Shown piece after piece: positions 1 to 9,293 of a DNA stretch of 64,000 bases. This stretch comes from an uncultured Verrucomicrobiae bacterium (GTDB lineage Bacteria > Verrucomicrobiota > Verrucomicrobiia > Chthoniobacterales > JAFAMB01). The position numbers and the translations under genes were made by a program. The stretch's first letter is position 1. Every line of letters starts with the position of its first letter. The DNA is taken from assembly GCA_963762565.1 (NCBI GenBank), contig CAVXLD010000012.1:160001-224000 (forward strand), given 5' to 3'. The notes under the pieces were generated by a model that saw only the letters and a list, made by a program, of their open reading frames with translations, had not been told where the DNA came from and did not search any database.

Positions 1-913
1 TGGAGCGGAACACGTCATCGAGTCGACCTTCTTCCACGTCCAGATGTTCAATTTTCCAAGCATTGCGGGTTCCAGCTTCAAGCAACTCCGGCAACACGTT
101 TCCCCGCGGAACGACCTGGACGGTCACGTGTTCCGGCTTTTCCGCAACGATCCAGAATTTTTCAACAGCTTTTAAGCTCTCGATTTGTGCTACCAGATTA
201 TCTTTCGAAACATTTCCTACCGTGACAATCACGTTACCGGCGGAAGGCGACTTTGCCTTCAATTCATCCGGCGTTCCATTCGCGACGATTTTCCCTTGAT
301 CGATGATGATTGCACGGGTGCATGCCGCCTCGACCTCTTCGAGAATATGGGTCGAAAAAATGATCGCTTTCTCTGAACCCATGCGCTTGATCAGCGTGCG
401 CACCTCGTATTTCTGATTAGGATCCAACCCATCGGTTGGCTCATCGAGGATCAGAACCTCGGGATCATGGATCAGAGCTTGCGCGAGACACGTTCGGTGC
501 CGGAATCCCTTGGAAAGTGTGTCGACGCTCTGATGCAGTACTTGCTCGAGGAAACAGAGCTGAACGACTCGATCGATCGCGTTTTTCTTTGCCGTCCCGA
601 ATAAGCCCCGCATTTCTGCGCAAAAACTCAGAAAACCGAAAACCGACATGTCCGAGTAGATTGGGGCGTTCTCCGGCAGGTAACCGATACGGCGGCGCGC
701 CTCCAGGGGTTGATCGGCGACGTTGAAGCCAGCGACGGTGACGGTTCCGGCGGTGGGCGGTAAATAGCCGGTGATCATCCGCATACTGGTGGACTTCCCA
801 GCGCCGTTTGGGCCGAGAAATCCGAGGACTTCACCTTTACTGACGGAGAAAGTCACGCCGTCGACCGCACACTTCGCGCCAAACATTTTGGTCAAGTGCT
901 CGACGTTGATCAT
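1..913 (-). CDS. ABC transporter ATP-binding protein (GldA/ABC-2 type), 3' end outside window
   Basis: Manual translation from ATG at 913: MINVEHLTKMFG..., Walker A GPNGAGKST, Walker B/D-loop LILDEPTDGLDP. Absent from the ORF track because it runs off the window. Confidence 0.9.
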   Translation of the reverse strand, partial: MINVEHLTKMFGAKCAVDGVTFSVSKGEVLGFLGPNGAGKSTSMRMITGYLPPTAGTVTVAGFNVADQPLEARRRIGYLPENAPIYSDMSVFGFLSFCAEMRGLFGTAKKNAIDRVVQLCFLEQVLHQSVDTLSKGFRHRTCLAQALIHDPEVLILDEPTDGLDPNQKYEVRTLIKRMGSEKAIIFSTHILEEVEAACTRAIIIDQGKIVANGTPDELKAKSPSAGNVIVTVGNVSKDNLVAQIESLKAVEKFWIVAEKPEHVTVQVVPRGNVLPELLEAGTRNAWKIEHLDVEEGRLDDVFRS

Positions 914-1199
914 GGGTGAGAGCTCATCGTGAAATGAATGTAGGGGTGGGGCGGCTTAGAAAGAGCGCGACGTATCGAATTTGTCAAGCACGGCCACTTT
1001 TTTCGGTGGAGCGATGCCCTCCCGGTATCGACGACTGTCCCCTCTTACCGAAGACGATGCGGACCAAGACGCGGCCACGAAGAAAATCGACTCAACCTAA
1101 CCCTATGCGCTAAGTCGCCTTCTCAGCGTTGGGATGGCGATTGCGCGTTGAGGCGAAGCCGTGGAGCGCGTTTGGCGTTTGGCGGTTCGGGCGGTGCCC

Positions 1200-1322
1200 G
1201 GGAGGGATCGCGTCCTCGCGATCCGTGGTTATCGAAGCCGAGGAAATGCTGTAGTCGCGGAACAAGAATAGACCTTTAGGTGATGGCACGTCCTCGCGGC
1301 GCGCGGGGACGCGCGCCCTCCC
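1200..1322. repeat. REP/REPIN-like element family A, copy 1
   Basis: GGAGGGATCGCGTCCTCGCGATCCG ...spacer... CGCGGCGCGCGGGGACGCGCGCCCTCCC. The two ends are imperfect inverted repeats and each is itself a hairpin. Confidence 0.85.
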
Positions 1323-1432
1323 TGAACCGCACAGCGATCGCCCGAACCGCCGAACGCCGAACGCCAGCAGCGCTCCACGTTTGCCTGCCAACGACATTGC
1401 GTTCACACTTGCCTTTCGTTAACGTTACAGCA

Positions 1433-3469
1433 GTGTCGACCTCCGTTCCTACCCCCAAGCCGGAAGTTTTATGGCGACCGAATGCCAACGTTGCCGAGAG
1501 GAGTAATCTTAATCGTTATCTCCAGTGGTTATCGAAAACACACGACGTCCGGTGTCAAAGCTACGGAGAAGTTTACGACTGGTCAGTCACCAAAATCGAC
1601 GATTTCTGGCGATCCATCGCCCAGTTTTTCGACGTCCAGTTTCATACCCACTCCGATCAGGCAGTTATTTGGCATCAGACGGATGATGCTCGCTGGTTCC
1701 CGGGCGCGACCTTGAATTACGCCGAACAGGTTTTACGAGCGATCCGGCAACGACCGGAGGAAGTAGCGATTCTTTCTGCGGTCGAAGGACAAGACCAATC
1801 GACGCGCCGTCGGATTAAAGGAAACGAGTTGCTCACGCAAGTAGCGGCGGTGGCTACTGCTTTGCGCGCGGCCGGAGTTGAAAAAGGGGATCGAGTAGCC
1901 GGCTATTTGCCGAATTACCCCGAAACCGTGATCGCGTTTCTAGCCAGTGCGTCCATCGGCGCCATCTGGTCCAGTTGTCCTCCGGAGCTCTCAAGCAAAG
2001 GGGTCTTAGAGCGCCTGCAACAGATCTCGCCGAAAGTGCTCTTTGGGGTGAACGGTTACTATTACGCGGGTAAATATCAGGACCGAAGTGAACCATTGCG
2101 CGACGTCGCCAATGGGCTCTCTTCGCTAAAGGTCGTCGTGATAGTTGGCACTAACCCTGTCCTAAGCGGCCTCTTGAACCCGGTGCCGGTCACATCGTGG
2201 GACAGCTTTATTCGTGATGTCGATCCGCGCTCATTTTCCGTACTGCCCGTCGAATTCGAGTATCCGCTTTGGATTCTCTTTTCATCCGGTACAACCGGGA
2301 TCCCAAAGCCAATCGTACAAAGCCACGGGGGAATCTTATTAGAACACCTCAAAGCCTTGGCCTTGCAGCTGGACCTGCAGCCAGGAGACCGGTTTTTCTG
2401 GTACACCACCGCAGGCTGGATGATGTGGAATTTCCTGGTGACAGGATTGGCTCTTGGCACTTGTATCGTCCTGTACGATGGAAGCCCAAAATACCCAGAT
2501 TGGATGGTTCTTTGGCGTTTTGCGGAGGAAGAGCGGATTACTTATTTCGGCACCAGCGCGCCGTTCTTACTCGCATGCGAGAAAACAGGGTTAAGTCCGC
2601 GTACCAATTTCTCTTTCAGTCATTTGCGGGCGATCGGGTCGACCGGCGCACCGTTACCCCCCGAAGGATTCGACTGGGTTTATGAGCATGTGAAACCGGA
2701 CGTGTGGTTGGGTTCCGCTAGCGGCGGCACCGATGTTTGTACCGCCTTCGTTCTATCGAATCCGTTGGATCCCGTCATACGCGGAAAACTCCAATGTCGC
2801 GGCCTCGGTGCTCGCATCGAAGCGTGGAACGAGAATGGTGAAGCAGTTTGGAATGAGATGGGCGAATTAGTCTTGACCGCCCCTTTTCCATCCATGCCGG
2901 TTTTTTTCTGGAATGATCCGGATGGTAGCCGGCTTCGAGGAAGCTATTTCGATTATTTTCCGGGGATTTGGCGGCATGGCGACTGGATCGAAATCGACCC
3001 GGATGATGGTCAATGTGTTATTTATGGCAGGTCCGATTCTACCCTGAACCGTGGCGGTGTGCGCATGGGAACCAGCGAGTTTTATCGGGTAGTTGAAGCG
3101 TTCCCTGAGATCCAAGAAGGTCTGGTGATCGATACGACGGGGCTCAAGCTTGGTTCGGAGGAAATGAGTGGAACGCTGATTTTGTTCGTGGTTTTGGCTC
3201 CTGGCGTAGAGTTCACGCCCGCACTAAAAGCGTCGATCTGCGATCGGATCCGGACTCAGCTTTCGCCTCGTTATACCCCGGACGATGTCTGTGTGGTCGG
3301 CGAGATTCCCCATACCTTGAATGGGAAGAAACTGGAGGTGCCGGTTAAGCGAATATTTCAAGGTGTCCCCCTCGCTAAAGCGGTGAGCCGGGAGGCGTTG
3401 AGTAATCCGCATGTGCTCGATGAATACGTTGAGCTGGCGGAGAGGATGGAGCCGAAGACTTCTGCGTAA
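1433..3469 (+). CDS. Acetoacetate--CoA ligase (acetoacetyl-CoA synthetase)
   Basis: AMP-binding motif ILFSSGTTGIPK, YTTAGWMMWN, SGGTD, GRSDSTLNRGGVRMGT, TLNGKKLEVPVK. The ORF-track start (1280) lies inside a repeat; in-frame GTG 1433 is more plausible. Confidence 0.9.
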   Translation: MSTSVPTPKPEVLWRPNANVAERSNLNRYLQWLSKTHDVRCQSYGEVYDWSVTKIDDFWRSIAQFFDVQFHTHSDQAVIWHQTDDARWFPGATLNYAEQVLRAIRQRPEEVAILSAVEGQDQSTRRRIKGNELLTQVAAVATALRAAGVEKGDRVAGYLPNYPETVIAFLASASIGAIWSSCPPELSSKGVLERLQQISPKVLFGVNGYYYAGKYQDRSEPLRDVANGLSSLKVVVIVGTNPVLSGLLNPVPVTSWDSFIRDVDPRSFSVLPVEFEYPLWILFSSGTTGIPKPIVQSHGGILLEHLKALALQLDLQPGDRFFWYTTAGWMMWNFLVTGLALGTCIVLYDGSPKYPDWMVLWRFAEEERITYFGTSAPFLLACEKTGLSPRTNFSFSHLRAIGSTGAPLPPEGFDWVYEHVKPDVWLGSASGGTDVCTAFVLSNPLDPVIRGKLQCRGLGARIEAWNENGEAVWNEMGELVLTAPFPSMPVFFWNDPDGSRLRGSYFDYFPGIWRHGDWIEIDPDDGQCVIYGRSDSTLNRGGVRMGTSEFYRVVEAFPEIQEGLVIDTTGLKLGSEEMSGTLILFVVLAPGVEFTPALKASICDRIRTQLSPRYTPDDVCVVGEIPHTLNGKKLEVPVKRIFQGVPLAKAVSREALSNPHVLDEYVELAERMEPKTSA

Positions 3470-3489
3470 GCCTTCGCCGACCCATCGTG

Positions 3490-3668
3490 GGGAGGGATCG
3501 CGTCCTCGCGATCCGTTGTTCGCGGAGCTGCGCGTTTTCGTCTTCGCGTGATCAATATGTCTGGAGCTGGTGAACGTCTTCGCGGCGCGCGAGGATCCGA
3601 CGTCGCCCCGGTGGATGAGAAATCGATAGAATGCATCAGGCTATGTCGGACAGGCAGCGCGCCCTCCC
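3490..3668. repeat. REP/REPIN-like element family A, copy 2, interrupted by a family B palindrome (3596-3655)
   Basis: Same left arm as copy 1. The right arm CGCGGCGCGCGAGGA|GCGCGCCCTCCC is split by a ~60-bp insert. Confidence 0.8.
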
Positions 3669-3741
3669 GGGCCAGGCGCCGATCTCCCACAGCTTACCGC
3701 GCTTGCCTGCTCTGCCGCTACACGGTACACGTTAATCTTTC

Positions 3742-4869
3742 ATGCCTAAGAATCACGTTTCACGGTTGATCTTCGCTTCGAGTGAGCTGTCAGCGGATAT
3801 GCTTTACGCCACCGGTTTTTCAGTTCCGGATCCGTTCCTTTACCTGGAACAGAACGGCAAGAAGACGATTTTACTCTCCGATCTCGAGATCGGCCGTGGG
3901 CGTAAAGAAGCGGCGGTGGATGAAATCGCTTCTCTATCCGGGATTCAGGATCCACTTGAAAAACGTTTGAAGAAAAGGCCGACGATCGAAGAAACCGTCA
4001 CTCAATTTCTGCGGAAAAGACGAGTCAAACGGGCTGAGGTGCCTGCCGATTTTCCCTTAGGCCTTGCCGTCGCCCTTCGGGAAGCTGGCATTCAAGTGAC
4101 ACCAGTCGATGGATTATTTCATAGTGCTCGAGAGTTTAAGGCCGCTGCCGAGGTGAAGAAGCTAGAACGCGCAATAGAGCTTACTGAAACCGGTTTGGCG
4201 CGGGCGTATGAAGTCTTACGAGCTTCAGAAATCAAGCCGGGCCGAAAACTGGTCTGGGGCGGCAAGCTGCTGACGTCAGAAATTTTGCGAGCAGAAATCG
4301 ACTGCGCGATCCTTCGTGCCGGAGGCACACCGACGAACTCAATTGTCGCTGGCGGCGATCAAGCCTGCGATCCACATCATGTCGGTAGCGGGCCGTTGAA
4401 AGCGAATTCTTTGATCATACTCGACATATTTCCACGCGATAAGGCGAGTGGTTTCTATGGCGATCTAACTCGGACAGTCGTCCGCGGCAGGGCTAGCATC
4501 GCTCAAAGAAAGCTCTGGGAAACAGTATTAGAAGCAGAAGAATTGGCTCTGCGGACTATCGCTCCGGGGAAATCCGGGAAAGAAGTGCAAGATAACGTAA
4601 AAACACTCTTCAAGGACCGAGGTTATCCTACCGAGGAAAAGAATGGACAATGGACCGGATTCTTTCACGGCCTCGGCCACGGCTTGGGTCTCGAAATCCA
4701 CGAACCGCTGCGCATTGGTTCAATAGAATTCAAGGTTGGCCATGTGCTGACCGTCGAGCCTGGTCTCTACTACCCGGGCGTCGGTGGGGCCAGACATGAA
4801 GACGACGGAATTGTGACCGAAACCGGCTTCAAGGTCCTGTCGAAGTTCCCGAAGGTGTTGGAGTTGTAG
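3742..4869 (+). CDS. Xaa-Pro aminopeptidase / M24 family metallopeptidase
   Basis: Pita-bread fold metal ligands: DPHH, ILDIFP, GDLTRT, HGLGHGLGLEIHE, TVEPG, RHEDD. Confidence 0.9.
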   Translation: MPKNHVSRLIFASSELSADMLYATGFSVPDPFLYLEQNGKKTILLSDLEIGRGRKEAAVDEIASLSGIQDPLEKRLKKRPTIEETVTQFLRKRRVKRAEVPADFPLGLAVALREAGIQVTPVDGLFHSAREFKAAAEVKKLERAIELTETGLARAYEVLRASEIKPGRKLVWGGKLLTSEILRAEIDCAILRAGGTPTNSIVAGGDQACDPHHVGSGPLKANSLIILDIFPRDKASGFYGDLTRTVVRGRASIAQRKLWETVLEAEELALRTIAPGKSGKEVQDNVKTLFKDRGYPTEEKNGQWTGFFHGLGHGLGLEIHEPLRIGSIEFKVGHVLTVEPGLYYPGVGGARHEDDGIVTETGFKVLSKFPKVLEL

Positions 4870-5045
4870 GGTTAGCGGTTTGCAGTTGGCTGTTTGCGGT
4901 TTCTCCACGCTGGGACATATAAGTCCTATACGTCCCATAGAGCCTGTCGCGCCGTAGGCTTCGCGAAGGCGGATCCTATTCGTGGTTGGTGAACGCCCTT
5001 CGAAGTGCCAGGCGCCATCAGCCACCTCTGAACCGCGAAACCGAA

Positions 5046-5609
5046 TCAGCCCTTCAGCGAGAAGCCTAGGATCAGGGCGCCCCAGGCTACACCGAGGGCG
5101 GTAGCGACCCGCCAGCGCAAGATTGATTTCGTGACCCAGGTGATCTGGTCTCGCAACAGATACGGTTTTCCGACCCAGAACATGCCCAGCGTGAGCCAGA
5201 CGTAGGCCAGCACTACGATTAATAACCTCCAGAGTTCCGGACGCAGAAAGGCGGAAGAGATCATCGGTTCCGCGATCAGCATGGCGAAAATACCAAGCGC
5301 TCTGGCTGCCAGTAATTCGTCGACAAAAAAAATGGTCAGAAAGAATAAGACCGGAATCGCGAATTCGACGTAAGGCCTGAGCCAGGAAAACTCTTCCAGG
5401 TCCATCGACGAGATCAGCCAGAAACACCAAACCGCATCAATCGCTAAGAGAATGATTCCGCCCGTTCTGGACCGGGGAAGCTTCAGCAAGAACTTCTGAG
5501 AATCAGTCGGACGCAATAGCGCATAAAGATGGGCCAAGAGAACAATCGATCCGATCGTCAGGCCGACCAGATTAAGACTCAGGTAGTAAATTCGAGGAGG
5601 GTAGTCCAT
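5046..5609 (-). CDS. Hypothetical integral membrane protein
   Basis: 187 aa with about 6 hydrophobic segments; starts 8 bp downstream of miaB. Confidence 0.7.
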   Translation of the reverse strand: MDYPPRIYYLSLNLVGLTIGSIVLLAHLYALLRPTDSQKFLLKLPRSRTGGIILLAIDAVWCFWLISSMDLEEFSWLRPYVEFAIPVLFFLTIFFVDELLAARALGIFAMLIAEPMISSAFLRPELWRLLIVVLAYVWLTLGMFWVGKPYLLRDQITWVTKSILRWRVATALGVAWGALILGFSLKG

Positions 5610-5616
5610 TTAATGT

Positions 5617-6996
5617 TCAGGAGAAAATAGCTGGGTCACCATAAAGCGTGTAGCCGGTGGAGCGGTTGATCCGAACCGGGAACATTTGCCCCCGATGTCG
5701 CTCCGACCCTTCAAAAACGACAATCTTATTCCCGCGAGTTCGCCCCATGAGCCGGCTCGGGTTAGTCTTGCTAGGCCCTTCGCATAGAATTTCTACTTCG
5801 CGTCCGACAAAAGCTTCGCCGCGCCGCCGCGCCCAGGAGTTGACCAGGTTCAATAGGTCGTGGTTACGCTCTTCTTTAACGGTGTCCGGGACCTGATCAA
5901 CCATCTCGGCGGCCGGAGTGTCTTTCCTGGTCGAATACTTAAATACAAAAGCATTATCGAATCCCACCTGGTCGACTAATTCTCTGGTCTTCGAATAGTC
6001 CCCTTCCGTTTCTCCAGGGAAGCCGACGATGATGTCGGTTGTAATCGCCATATCCGGACAGCGATCACGAATCGAGTCGACTAAAGCCAGATATTTTTCG
6101 GCGGAATAAGTGCGATGCATCCGCTTGAGGATAGGGTTTGAACCGGACTGAAGCGGCAGATGGATGTGTTCCACGAGCTTCGGCAGCCGGGTAAAGGCTT
6201 CGATCAAATCACTCTTGAACCCGATCGGGTGCGGTGATGTAAACCGGATCCGTTCCACACCGGCAATGTCATGCACGGCTTCCAAGAGTTGAACGAACGG
6301 TGACTTACCGTCCTGCCTGGGAAACTCGTGTCGCCCGTACAGGTTAACGATTTGTCCCAGCAAGGTGACTTCTCTGATTCCCCGGCTGACCAACCAGCGA
6401 ACTTCTTCCACAATTTCGGGGATTGGACGGCTGCGTTCCGGCCCTCGGGTATATGGCACGATGCAGAAAGTGCAATGCATGTTACAGCCTTGCATGATGG
6501 ACACGAAGCTCGTCACCTGTGCGGAGCCGACGGAATGATCCCGAATCGAGTTCTGGGAATCAGCCTCTTCATCAACGTCGACAATCGAGAAGCGTAGATC
6601 ATCGGTTCGACTGAGCGCGAGATCCTGGCGTCGTGCTGCTTGTTGAGAAAGTGCTTGGTCAACGTAGTCGGCGACTCGGTGAAACTTTTGTGTACCGATG
6701 ACTAAATTAAGGTGGGGTACGCTTCGCAGAAGCGACTCGCCGCGGCTCTGCGCCATGCAACCGAGAAACCCATAAACGACCGGACGCTGCTGGGATAGCG
6801 CCCCCAACATGCCCATTTTCCCGAGAGCCTTTTGTTCGGCCAAATCGCGCACGCTGCACGTATTCAGCAAAACCACATCGGCTTCTTCTTCGTGCGAAGT
6901 CAAAACGTGCCCGCGGGCGACCAGCATCTGCGCGACCTGCTCTGAGTCGCGCTCATTCATCTGGCATCCGTACGTTTTGATGTAAATCCTGGCCAT
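5617..6996 (-). CDS. miaB: tRNA-2-methylthio-N6-dimethylallyladenosine synthase
   Basis: TYGCQMN, NTCSVR, GCMAQ, radical-SAM CNMHCTFC, RFTSPHP, HLPLQSGS, C-terminal TRAM domain. ATG 6996 preferred as start. Confidence 0.95.
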   Translation of the reverse strand: MARIYIKTYGCQMNERDSEQVAQMLVARGHVLTSHEEEADVVLLNTCSVRDLAEQKALGKMGMLGALSQQRPVVYGFLGCMAQSRGESLLRSVPHLNLVIGTQKFHRVADYVDQALSQQAARRQDLALSRTDDLRFSIVDVDEEADSQNSIRDHSVGSAQVTSFVSIMQGCNMHCTFCIVPYTRGPERSRPIPEIVEEVRWLVSRGIREVTLLGQIVNLYGRHEFPRQDGKSPFVQLLEAVHDIAGVERIRFTSPHPIGFKSDLIEAFTRLPKLVEHIHLPLQSGSNPILKRMHRTYSAEKYLALVDSIRDRCPDMAITTDIIVGFPGETEGDYSKTRELVDQVGFDNAFVFKYSTRKDTPAAEMVDQVPDTVKEERNHDLLNLVNSWARRRGEAFVGREVEILCEGPSKTNPSRLMGRTRGNKIVVFEGSERHRGQMFPVRINRSTGYTLYGDPAIFS

Positions 6997-7055
6997 TAGC
7001 GATCGGGAAGGCGGGTAAGCTACCGTGAATTTGGCATTACGCGACAAAAAATAGA

Positions 7056-7172
7056 GGGAGGGATCGGGTCCCCGCGATCAGTGTTTGCGGAGCCGAGTAC
7101 AGACCAGATCGAGCGTTTGGCTGAGTCTACGATGCACACCTGTTCGCGGCGCGCGGGGACGCGCGCCCTCCC
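7056..7172. repeat. REP/REPIN-like element family A, copy 3
   Basis: GGAGGGATCGGGTCCCCGCGATCAG ... CGCGGCGCGCGGGGACGCGCGCCCTCCC. Confidence 0.8.
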
Positions 7173-7319
7173 GGCTCAGGGGCCACTTGGTCCGCTTCCC
7201 ACGAGAACGAAGCTAGCTCTTCTTTTCAACCAAATCGCACTGAGGGGCTTGAAACAAATCTAGGACTGGGAGAAAGCCTTATGGGAGTTCGGATCGGACT
7301 CTTTGAAAAGGTGACTTCT

Positions 7320-9122
7320 ATGAAAAGCTTCTTCGCATCGTTCCTCGGTACGATCGCCGGTATCTGCTTGCTCGTGGGGATCAGCGTGTTGCTCCTGATT
7401 TTCCTGCTGGTAGGCATTGCCTCCTCGAACAAGACCGAGGTGATCCCGAACCGTAGTTTGCTTGTCTTGGATCTTTCCTGCGCGATCTCCGACGCTCCGC
7501 CTCAATTTGATGCCGCCGATCTCATTGATTCGATGACCTCGGGAGAAGAAAAGCGGGTTACCCTACGCGACACGTTGCGAGCGATAGCTTCCGCAGCAAA
7601 CGATAGCCGGATCTCCGGAATACTGATCAGCGGCGATTCGTTCCCTGTTGATTTTTCTTCCGGCTATGCGGCGCTACGCGAAGTGCGTGAAGCTTTAAAG
7701 GCTTTCAAGGCGTCCAGGAAGCCGATCTATGCCTACCTGGTTGCGCCGAGTACTCGCACATTTTACGTCGCTTCAGTCGCCGACAAGATCTACCTGGATC
7801 CGGAAGATCCGATGTTATTCCATGGGTTATCATCGGGTCACTTGTACTTTGCCGATGCGTTCCAGAAATACGGGATCGAAGTGCAGGTCTCGAGAGTCGG
7901 CAAATACAAGTCGGCAGTAGAGCCTTATATCCTGGACAAGATGAGTCCTGAGAGTAGGGAACAAACGCAGGCCTTGCTCGGCGACCTTTGGCAGGAGATC
8001 ACCAGCGAGATCGAGGACGCCCGCCATTTGGAGCCTGGCTCCCTCCAGAAAGTGCTTTCGGAGTCTGGCCTCATTGACGGAAAAACGGCGCTGAATCAAA
8101 AATTGGTGACCGGGCTAAAGTCGCGCACGGACTTAATCGACGACCTCAAGAACGAGTACGGAGCCGATACCGACGACCACACGTTTCGCCAGGTTTCAAT
8201 TCCGAAATACATCAGCTCACTCGACCGAAACCGGGGATCGACCGAACCCCGGGGGGCGAAGGTTGCAGTTGTTTATGCCGAGGGAACCATCATTGATGGA
8301 GAAGGAAGCGGATCCAATCTTGGCGGCGATAAATTGGCGAGAGCGATCCGTAAGTTCAGACTGGATCCGGATGTCAAAGCCATTGTGCTCAGAATAAATA
8401 GTCCAGGAGGCAGCGCTTCGGCCTCGGAAGTGATTTGGCAAGAGCTGGCAGCGGCGCACAAGGTCAAGCCGGTAATTGTTTCGATGGGAACAGTGGCTGC
8501 TTCCGGCGGTTATTACATAGCGACGACGTCGGACCGTATCTTTGCCGAACCCTCAACGATTACCGGTAGTATTGGGGTGTTCGGTCTGTTCCCGAACGTT
8601 CAAAAGCTGTTCAGTAATCTCGGCATCACTTGGGATTCGGTGGAGACAACCCCGTATTCGGATCTTATATCGCCGTTCAAAGAAAAGACTCCTGAGGAGA
8701 TGGGAGTAATCCAGAAATATATCGACCAATTCTATCAGCAATTCCTAGAGCACGTATCGCGGGCCCGGAATATTCCGGTCGATCAAGTAAACGAGATTGC
8801 TCAAGGACGGGTGTGGTCTGGTGACGAAGCATTAAAGCTTCATTTGGTTGATCAGATCGGCGGTCTCCAGACCGCGATCGAATACGCTGCTGAACTCGCC
8901 CACCAAGGGCCGCATCCGAAGATCACGCAGTATCCGAGGAAGGAAACCGTCGGCCAAGCGATTCAGAAAGCTTTCAACGGAGTTGAACGTCCGCCCGTCT
9001 CGAAGATGGACTCGGTCAATCGGCAAATGCAGCTTTTGGAGAAGAATCTGCGCCAGTTCGCCTGTTTCAACGACCCGATGGGCATCTATTCGTTGCTGCC
9101 GATGGGCATCGAATTTAACTGA
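7320..9122 (+). CDS. sppA: Signal peptide peptidase SppA (67K type, S49)
   Basis: N-terminal TM anchor, tandem S49 domains, VGKYKSAVEP, RINSPGGS, AASGGYY, TGSIGV, AQGRVWSG. Start at 7320 or 7281. Confidence 0.93.
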   Translation: MKSFFASFLGTIAGICLLVGISVLLLIFLLVGIASSNKTEVIPNRSLLVLDLSCAISDAPPQFDAADLIDSMTSGEEKRVTLRDTLRAIASAANDSRISGILISGDSFPVDFSSGYAALREVREALKAFKASRKPIYAYLVAPSTRTFYVASVADKIYLDPEDPMLFHGLSSGHLYFADAFQKYGIEVQVSRVGKYKSAVEPYILDKMSPESREQTQALLGDLWQEITSEIEDARHLEPGSLQKVLSESGLIDGKTALNQKLVTGLKSRTDLIDDLKNEYGADTDDHTFRQVSIPKYISSLDRNRGSTEPRGAKVAVVYAEGTIIDGEGSGSNLGGDKLARAIRKFRLDPDVKAIVLRINSPGGSASASEVIWQELAAAHKVKPVIVSMGTVAASGGYYIATTSDRIFAEPSTITGSIGVFGLFPNVQKLFSNLGITWDSVETTPYSDLISPFKEKTPEEMGVIQKYIDQFYQQFLEHVSRARNIPVDQVNEIAQGRVWSGDEALKLHLVDQIGGLQTAIEYAAELAHQGPHPKITQYPRKETVGQAIQKAFNGVERPPVSKMDSVNRQMQLLEKNLRQFACFNDPMGIYSLLPMGIEFN

Positions 9123-9293
9123 AGCAGGGAATCACCTTTCAGGCAGGCAGCTCGAGGAGTTAGGTCGCCCAACGAAAGTTAATCGGTGCGCCAAAAATCT
9201 TTAATAAAAGATTTTGGCCCCGATTGCCGTCGGAATCCGCATTTTGTCTACGGATGCCCGAATTCCGCAAACGCTGGATGAGCGTTAGCCTAC

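Noticed and set aside
1280..1432. N-terminal extension of the acetoacetate-CoA ligase
   Set aside because: It is a translation of repeat DNA (RGARGRAPS recurs in ORFs crossing other family A copies).
4720..5430. 236-aa minus-strand ORF
   Set aside because: Overlaps two better-supported genes and reads through intergenic repeats.
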